DNA of 46,216 bases from a virus (Duplodnaviria; Caudoviricetes): the IMG/VR virus record IMGVR_UViG_3300032212_000027, positions 1 through 46,216 of that record, one strand, 5' to 3'. The notes below the pieces were generated by a model. It searched no databases. It was not told where the DNA came from and worked only from the letters and a program-made list of their open reading frames with translations. Positions 1-5,555 of this stretch are shown here, one piece after another. The position numbers and the translations under genes were made by a program. Positions within the stretch are counted from its first letter, which is position 1; the number at the start of each line of letters is the position of its first letter.

Positions 1-118
1 CCAAAGAGCGTATCTTTTCCTCGGTCTGGCGCTCCCTCACGATTTGCTCCATAGGGCTGGAAGCGCCCTTTTCCTTTATGTCACTCATTGTGTTCCCTCG
101 CTTTGCTCGGTGCGGTCC
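1..118. repeat. End-overlap repeat A (identical to 45729..45846)
   Basis: Direct comparison: ccaaagagcg...tgcggtcc at both positions. Confidence 0.95.
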
Positions 119-255
119 AGTGGGTCCGCTTCTCCCTGAGCGCGTATCCATCCGGCAACCGTGATCGGGTCTTTTATCGAAGGGCCGGGCGTAACATACC
201 GCACCGCAGCAGAGCGAGGAGCGGACCGAACCGTAGGTGAGGCATCCCTATTCAT
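85..255 (-). CDS. Hypothetical 56-aa protein (cassette allele 1; MNRDASP...DRTEQSEGTQ)
   Basis: ATG overlaps the end of the upstream gene; TGA overlaps the next ATG (ATGA). Confidence 0.45.
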   Translation of the reverse strand: MNRDASPTVRSAPRSAAVRYVTPGPSIKDPITVAGWIRAQGEADPLDRTEQSEGTQ

Positions 256-330
256 CTTCACCTCCCGGCATTCCAAGAGCGGATAGAGGAATGAAGTGGG
301 TGGGGTTTACAAAAAAGAACTCCCCGTCAG
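218..330. repeat. End-overlap repeat B (identical to 46104..46216)
   Basis: Direct comparison: ggagcggacc...ccccgtcag at both positions. Confidence 0.95.
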
Positions 331-628
331 CCTTCCGGCAATATTGTCCGTAGGCATACGCGCACCAACCTGCGCCCGATGGCTCTAGTGGTGGCGTGTG
401 TTTCAGGAACTTCTTGATGGCCTTATTCAGCTCCACGTTATCGCTTTTCCACATCATCGAAAACGTCACCCCGGACGCAAACCCAAGCAAAGGGCGGAAC
501 TTCGGCGCTTCCTCTATAGGACGCCAAGGGGATGGGGCGGCTTCGCACATGGCGGCCCAAAGCGCTTCGCTTAAATCTGACGACCACCACCAGCAGTATG
601 CGCCTTCATAGAGTTTGATATCAGTCAT
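248..628 (-). CDS. Hypothetical protein, DUF551-like (WRPIEEAPK...PTHFIPL)
   Basis: SD GAGG upstream; W-x-P-I-E-x-A-P-K and PTH motifs typical of small phage DUF551-like proteins. Confidence 0.75.
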   Translation of the reverse strand: MTDIKLYEGAYCWWWSSDLSEALWAAMCEAAPSPWRPIEEAPKFRPLLGFASGVTFSMMWKSDNVELNKAIKKFLKHTPPLEPSGAGWCAYAYGQYCRKADGEFFFVNPTHFIPLSALGMPGGEDE

Positions 629-657
629 AGCTGCCTCTTAATAATAAAAAGGGAAGA

Positions 658-690
658 GATCACTCCTCTCAACGAAGTGGAGGAGTGGTC
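658..690. repeat. Conserved-loop intergenic hairpin, copy 1
   Basis: GATCACTCCTC-TCAACGAAGTG-GAGGAGTGGTC. Confidence 0.85.
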
Positions 691-784
691 ACGCGAAGAC
701 TACCATCCACGTAACTGCTACAAGCAGCAGAAAAGACGTGGCTAAGGCTAGGAATAAGCCTGGTTCGTTATTGTTGTTATGCAT
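689..784 (-). CDS. Small single-TM peptide (31 aa, MHNNNNEPGLFLAL...)
   Basis: SD GGAGG upstream of ATG 784; hydrophobic C-terminal half. Confidence 0.55.
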   Translation of the reverse strand: MHNNNNEPGLFLALATSFLLLVAVTWMVVFA

Positions 785-788
785 GGGA

Positions 789-1430
789 TTAGTCCTCCGC
801 CACTTCCAAAAGAACGAATAACTGATACGCAAAGGTGTAGTCCTTGAAGTCTGCGATGTGCAGGAACTCTTCGGAGCCTGTATAGCGGTGGTATACAGAC
901 CACACGGCACCTGGCGTGGCTGGTTGAGCGCGTTCCCAGTGGCCTTTACGTTCTACCCGGTAGCCGAGCTGGGTGTTGCCAGACCCTGAGTAGACATCAG
1001 GGACGCATGAGTCCTGGACGGCACCCTCGAGTATCCCCAGGTCACCAAGGGAGGCTGCCCGTTTTCTTAGGCAGTTTCCTACTACATAAGCAGCTGTAGG
1101 TGATCCAAGCCGCTCCCAGTGTATCAAGGTAGAGGTGATAATAAGAGCCATCTGTTCGGCGGTCTCGTACCAGTCGAACGTCTCCCACATGTCCTCGCCC
1201 AGGGAGTCGACACGGTCCTCCAGCTCGATGCCTACCTCGGTCAGCCAGCCGATAAACCCGGCGTAACCGGAGAACATATTGCTGACCTTCTCGCTCCCGT
1301 TGGGAGTCCCGAAATACCAGTCTGTGAAGGTATTATAAGAGAACAGCTCTGCAGCGATGATGGTGCCGTTCTCTGCATACTTGTTGACGTCGGAGAGCCG
1401 TTCACCGACGATTGGTTCATGATGAGACAT
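789..1430 (-). CDS. Hypothetical early protein (213 aa)
   Basis: Long ORF tightly packed in the minus-strand early run. Confidence 0.8.
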   Translation of the reverse strand: MSHHEPIVGERLSDVNKYAENGTIIAAELFSYNTFTDWYFGTPNGSEKVSNMFSGYAGFIGWLTEVGIELEDRVDSLGEDMWETFDWYETAEQMALIITSTLIHWERLGSPTAAYVVGNCLRKRAASLGDLGILEGAVQDSCVPDVYSGSGNTQLGYRVERKGHWERAQPATPGAVWSVYHRYTGSEEFLHIADFKDYTFAYQLFVLLEVAED

Positions 1431-1445
1431 AGTGGTGGTTTCTTT

Positions 1446-1556
1446 CTATGCGAAGCACATGAGCACAAAGCCCACGGCTGCCATCAGACAAAGCAGGGCT
1501 ATGAATGCCGTGAGGTCTTCAAGCCACTGAGCGAGCGTTCCTAGGGGGAGCTTCAT
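1446..1556 (-). CDS. Small single-TM peptide (36 aa, MKLPLGTLAQWLEDLTAFIALLCLMAAVGFVLMCFA)
   Basis: Translated by hand; fills the gap between neighbours; hydrophobic. Confidence 0.55.
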   Translation of the reverse strand: MKLPLGTLAQWLEDLTAFIALLCLMAAVGFVLMCFA

Positions 1557-1562
1557 GGTGGG

Positions 1563-1937
1563 CTAGTACTTCTCTGTCTTGAGGAGGGCCGCCAGTTCAC
1601 CTGAAGGAGTGTAGGCGTGGTACTCCACAAAAGGAGTGCCACCGACTACCTCTGAGCCTTCCTCGAACAGCCCCAGGAACTGGAGGTGTTGGATAAGGTC
1701 TCGGTTCTCCGACCAGGTTTTCACCAGGAGCTTGCCCTTTGGACGAGCTTCATCGAAGAAGGTTACGGTTACCCACGGTTCGCCTGTGTCGGCGGACACG
1801 AGCGCCAGGGCCGGGGAGTTGTCCTGGTATAGCCCTGCGACAACCAAGTGTGTCTCAGGGAGGCTAACAGCGCCCCCTACAATCTTGCAGGGGGTGACCG
1901 ACACGTAACGACGTGCTGTGAGGGCTGTGGTGTTCAT
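1563..1937 (-). CDS. Hypothetical protein, possibly DUF4313-like
   Basis: GEPW-x-TVT...KTWSEN...L...GL pattern; ATGA overlap with upstream gene. Confidence 0.75.
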   Translation of the reverse strand: MNTTALTARRYVSVTPCKIVGGAVSLPETHLVVAGLYQDNSPALALVSADTGEPWVTVTFFDEARPKGKLLVKTWSENRDLIQHLQFLGLFEEGSEVVGGTPFVEYHAYTPSGELAALLKTEKY

Positions 1938-2422
1938 GAGTAAAGCTCTATTTCTCCGGCTTCAAGCATCCGGTCTACGACGTGGTCCCAACTGATTGTG
2001 TTGTGGAGCGCCAGGTTATTGAGAGTGATGATGGCTTCTTCAAGAGTGACTAAAGGGGCCACGACTTTAAAGGCTGCTTGTTCGTAACCGTTTTCACCCA
2101 AAGAGGTGGCATGATAGCTAAAGAGTGCGCTTTCCATTATGAAAAGGTCGTACGCCCGGCGCGGGGCTATCCCAAGAACACATGCCGCTATTGATTTGAT
2201 GCCGGGGCGGTCAACATCAGGACGAGTAATCCCGGCGTATTCCAAGAAGGCATCACTGGCAGCCCAACCTGCAATGCAAGCTACTGCACCGCAGTTGTGC
2301 CCTGCGTGATCAAGGGCATTCTTTGAATACCAGGTATCCATGTTGAACCCTTGGTTAGGGCTATCAATAAGGTGGGTTCGCATGAACTCCACCAGCTTCT
2401 CAATGTTTTTGCTGTTTGCCAT
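1934..2422 (-). CDS. Hypothetical phage protein with FNM..W...CGAVACIAGWA motif
   Basis: ORF packing, SD GGAGG; Cys motif seen in many phage hypotheticals. Confidence 0.8.
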   Translation of the reverse strand: MANSKNIEKLVEFMRTHLIDSPNQGFNMDTWYSKNALDHAGHNCGAVACIAGWAASDAFLEYAGITRPDVDRPGIKSIAACVLGIAPRRAYDLFIMESALFSYHATSLGENGYEQAAFKVVAPLVTLEEAIITLNNLALHNTISWDHVVDRMLEAGEIELYS

Positions 2423-2431
2423 AAGAGCGCC

Positions 2432-2758
2432 CTACGCCTCCTCTTGGGAAGCGAGGGCCAGCTCTTGGTCGCCTGCGGATGCTGGAGCGTCCTGGACGAA
2501 CTTGTCGCCGTATCCACGGTAATACTTCTTGCCGGTTTTGGCAGAAACATTCTCAAAGACGTTCAAGCGGTGCATGACACCGTTTTCGTCCGTGTAGAAC
2601 ATATTGATGTACTTGTTGCCCGCAGCACTTGAGCGCGGGAACCCCACCAGCTTACCTGGCTCTACGTCAGGGGGCGTGTAGCTGCCCTGTTGTTGTTGCG
2701 GTGCCTGGCTGTCAGCCGGTGGTGCAGGAGGGTTATGAACTGTGTTTGAATCGGTCAT
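2432..2758 (-). CDS. Hypothetical protein (possible small nucleic-acid-binding beta protein)
   Basis: Strong SD AAAGGA; repeated S-x-x-G-x-K-Y motif. Confidence 0.75.
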   Translation of the reverse strand: MTDSNTVHNPPAPPADSQAPQQQQGSYTPPDVEPGKLVGFPRSSAAGNKYINMFYTDENGVMHRLNVFENVSAKTGKKYYRGYGDKFVQDAPASAGDQELALASQEEA

Positions 2759-2810
2759 GGGATGTCCTTTCTGGAGACATATAAGAAAAAGAAGAAGAAG
2801 AAGAAGAGAA

Positions 2811-2850
2811 GGGAACGTCCCTCTCGCAACAAAGTGGAGAGGGGCGTCCC
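2811..2850. repeat. Conserved-loop intergenic hairpin, copy 2
   Basis: GGGAACGTCCCTCTC-GCAACAAAGTG-GAGAGGGGCGTCCC. Confidence 0.85.
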
Positions 2851-2860
2851 CTAGTGCCTG

Positions 2861-3241
2861 CTAACGAAGGGAAAAGTAAGCAGGGCGAAGAGCGAAGAAC
2901 TGGTGAAGCGCGTAGAGCATCAGGAAGAGGATTGCTCCGCCTGCCACTGAGAACGCCAGGCCTACGATGGCCATAGAGGGCGACGTGACTAGCACTAACG
3001 GCCCAAAGACCATCAGGAAGAACGCCAAGGCTGCCAGAAGCAGCACCAGGGTGAGGATCAAGACGTCTCTGCAGAAGAGGAGCAGGTCTTGTACCACGTC
3101 CACCACGAAGTAGCGGAGGGTGTACAAGGGCACAGTGAGGAAGTCAGTGCGCTGACCTTCAGCATTCATCTCTATTCCAGTTTCCCAAGCATCGAGCTTG
3201 GCTTCGAAGAGACGATTACGGATAGAAGAGATGATGGACAT
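2861..3241 (-). CDS. Hypothetical membrane protein (2 TM segments)
   Basis: SD AAAGGAG upstream of ATG 3241; long hydrophobic stretches. Confidence 0.75.
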   Translation of the reverse strand: MSIISSIRNRLFEAKLDAWETGIEMNAEGQRTDFLTVPLYTLRYFVVDVVQDLLLFCRDVLILTLVLLLAALAFFLMVFGPLVLVTSPSMAIVGLAFSVAGGAILFLMLYALHQFFALRPAYFSLR

Positions 3242-3290
3242 GATGCATGCTCCTTTCAAGGAAGAAGAAATGAAGAAGAAGAGAGGTGAA

Positions 3291-3319
3291 GTCCCTCTCG
3301 CAACAAAGTAGAGAGGGAC
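3291..3319. repeat. Conserved-loop intergenic hairpin, copy 3
   Basis: GTCCCTCTC-GCAACAAAGTA-GAGAGGGAC, perfect 9-bp stem. Confidence 0.9.
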
Positions 3320-3327
3320 AGAACCAG

Positions 3328-3645
3328 TTAGACGTCGACGGAAGACCCAGCGAGATTGTGCGTGAGACGAATGGCCTCGCTGAGACCGAGGTTGTAGTGC
3401 TCACGGAGGATTCTCACTGCGTCGGCTTTCTTCCCGTCTTTGATGAGGGGGAGAACTTCCTTGAGCGGGTTGGTGGGAGCGTACGCTTCGTCAACTTCAA
3501 CGGAATAGGTAGTTCCAGACTGCGCGATGTTGATAAGCTGGCTGGTGATTTTGCGCTCAAGGTAGTCTTTGAGGCCGGGAACGTCTTCGTCATACGGAGA
3601 CATTAAAGTAAGTTCGATGGTGGCTTCAACAGTGATCGGGGTCAT
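3328..3645 (-). CDS. Protein with C-terminal ribosomal L7/L12-CTD-like motif
   Basis: GKKADAVRILREHYNLGLSEA resembles the bL12 K-x-x-x-I-K-x-V-R-E-x-x-G-L-G-L-K-E-A motif; SD AAAGGA. Confidence 0.65.
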   Translation of the reverse strand: MTPITVEATIELTLMSPYDEDVPGLKDYLERKITSQLINIAQSGTTYSVEVDEAYAPTNPLKEVLPLIKDGKKADAVRILREHYNLGLSEAIRLTHNLAGSSVDV

Positions 3646-3688
3646 TGTGCTTTATCCTTTCAAGGAAGAAAATAAGAAGAGAGGGGAA

Positions 3689-3717
3689 GTCCCTCTCTCA
3701 ACAACGTGGAGAGGGAC
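3689..3717. repeat. Conserved-loop intergenic hairpin, copy 4
   Basis: GTCCCTCTC-TCAACAACGTG-GAGAGGGAC, perfect 9-bp stem. Confidence 0.9.
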
Positions 3718-3739
3718 AACCCTTTGGCTCATGCTTGTG

Positions 3740-4342
3740 CTAGTTCAGCTGAAGACGCGTCCAGTTGCCAAGCTGGACCTTGCCAGACTCGCTGATGCGT
3801 GTAAAGAGGCTGATCAGATCGTAACGATTGGTAGCTATCTTACGCGATACCTGCCTATCAGCCGTGGGATGGCCATAGGAGACCTTAACCATCTTGGTGT
3901 TGGGGAGGATGAAAACACATGTTTCACCTGCGTGTTGGACTGTGGCAGCTATCACTGGATACTGCTGATCGACTGCACCCATGCGATGAAGATCAGGCAC
4001 TGAGATCACCCTGAGGTCCAAGATGATGCGAACCCCGTGGTCCTTAGTGGACTCGAAGTTGACCTGATCTGGGATGTTGGTGAAGACTGCGTTGTAGGTA
4101 GTCGGCATCCTCGTGGATGGGACATTGAAGTTGTCGCAGGCGAATGCGAATTTACCTACAGACGCTGAAGGGTAATCAGGGGCATTGAGACGGTAGGCGC
4201 AGGTCCCTGTGTGCTCCGAGGCTGCGTTGTAGTTGATGCAATCCGAGCAGGCATCGAAGTCCCTGCCGTGGTACTCCTTGTTCTCTTGACGTGACTGCTT
4301 GGTGACTGCGCGACGTGCTGTGTTGTTAATGAGAGTAGCCAT
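3740..4342 (-). CDS. Hypothetical early protein with Cys4 cluster (CSDC...C...C)
   Basis: SD AAAGGA preceded by a CAA-rich leader; 200-aa ORF. Confidence 0.8.
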   Translation of the reverse strand: MATLINNTARRAVTKQSRQENKEYHGRDFDACSDCINYNAASEHTGTCAYRLNAPDYPSASVGKFAFACDNFNVPSTRMPTTYNAVFTNIPDQVNFESTKDHGVRIILDLRVISVPDLHRMGAVDQQYPVIAATVQHAGETCVFILPNTKMVKVSYGHPTADRQVSRKIATNRYDLISLFTRISESGKVQLGNWTRLQLN

Positions 4343-4396
4343 GGTATGTAGTCCTTTTTTGTTGTTACTTGTTGTTGTTGTTAGGTGCCGTACTTT

Positions 4397-4510
4397 CTAG
4401 AAATAGATGCAATCTCCGACCCAGTTCGCAAGACGCTCAAGTGTTGAGCTTTTTGTTTTTTTGCTTATGCGGATGATGAAGAGTGAGAGGTAATGTCTGA
4501 TGTCTTCCAT
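4397..4510 (-). CDS. Small basic peptide (37 aa, MEDIRHYLSLF...), probable first early gene
   Basis: SD AAAGGA 9 nt upstream of ATG 4510. Confidence 0.5.
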   Translation of the reverse strand: MEDIRHYLSLFIIRISKKTKSSTLERLANWVGDCIYF

Positions 4511-5413
4511 GGTGGAGAGTCCTTTTGTTTGTAGACGTAGGAGATGAGTAGCAGAGGTTTGACTGCCCTCAACATCCGTATAACGCTGCATGACAAATGG
4601 CTTCAAGTCAGGGATGGGCCGAAGGCCCACCGCTGGGCGCTTGAGGCTGAATATTGTGATCTCTACAAGGGTAGAAGAGTTAAGGAAATATACCTATCAG
4701 AAGGGGATCACAATGTTTAGGGTCAAGCGATCCTTGACTTGGAGTCATTTTCAATGGATGCATACCTGATGGGAAGTCAAACTACTACTACTCCCCACAA
4801 ACCACATGAGACAAGTTAAGAACCCCCTTCCGTTTCTACAGGAAGGGGAAGCAGCCGAAGCGGCGGCAGGTGGAGTGGAGTGGGCGGTAAATATGTTTGA
4901 TCGTGTAGGAGGACCAACCCCCACGTAACGTATCCTGTCCCGAGAGGGTGCTAGTTGCCTAGGGACGACGGCAACCTTGGTGTTGGCTGGAGGTTGACTG
5001 TGGGTGGCTACAGGTGGCTGTGGGTGTAGGTGAGGTAGAAAGAAAAGACATAAGGCGAGCGACAGAGAGCCGACTCGCCTTAACCCTCGGTTACCCTAAG
5101 GATAACACAGGGTTACAGATAGTGTATCTGTTGGTGAACCAATGAATACAAGGGGTTGGGTGGTAGACGTGATCAAGGATGTGATCAACGTACCCCCCAG
5201 GCGTCTTTACGTTGGCTAAAAGTGACCCCCAAGGGGGGAGAGTCTGGTCTTTACTTCATCATGAGAGGTGACAGATTTTCTCTTGTAACCTAAGTCCCCT
5301 CAGGTTCACCCTAGGCCCACCAGGAGCACCGGGAGGAGAAGCTGCATAAAGACCACCCCATGTGTACTCCAGGTGACACTTGCAGACACTGTGGGAAGCT
5401 ACAGGCCACCGGC

Positions 5414-5515
5414 CCTAAGACCTACTTAAGTTACCTTAAGACACCTTAAGTAATACTCTTACTAGTCTTCTTCTTAATAACTCAAGTAACTAAAGGGGAC
5501 TAAAGATACCTTAAG
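5414..5515. repeat. Phased CT(T/A/C)AAG repeats at ~10-bp spacing
   Basis: CCTAAG 5414; CTTAAG 5425, 5435, 5445; CTCAAG 5481; CTAAAG 5490, 5500; CTTAAG 5510. Confidence 0.8.
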
Positions 5516-5531
5516 TACTCTCCAGTCCCCC

Positions 5532-5550
5532 CATGTTATTAGGGACAATT
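5532..5550 (-). promoter_or_regulatory. Candidate phage RNAP promoter (AATTGTCCCTAATAACATG), right-end position
   Basis: Matches intergenic copies at 29490 and 40113; followed by a G run. Confidence 0.65.
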
Positions 5551-5555
5551 GCTAA

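Larger units (their letters stand above)
4630..5555. other. Non-coding genome-end/origin region (likely site of the physical termini)
   Basis: Longest ORF-free stretch, between TerL and the first early gene as in T7-like genomes; contains hairpins and short repeats. Confidence 0.7.

Noticed and set aside
1-330. End repeats interpreted as the phage's true terminal repeats
   Set aside because: They fall inside the early gene run; the T7-type termini are expected in the non-coding 4630..5555 region, so these are assembly overlaps
658-3717. Hairpin repeats as a CRISPR array or integron attC sites
   Set aside because: Spacing is gene-sized and irregular; no cas or integron integrase gene; no RYYYAAC/GTTRRRY ends
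4570-4800. Host sigma-70 early promoters (TTGAAG, TTGACC, TTGACT on the minus strand)
   Set aside because: Expected here, but I could not pair any with a convincing -10 element at the right spacing
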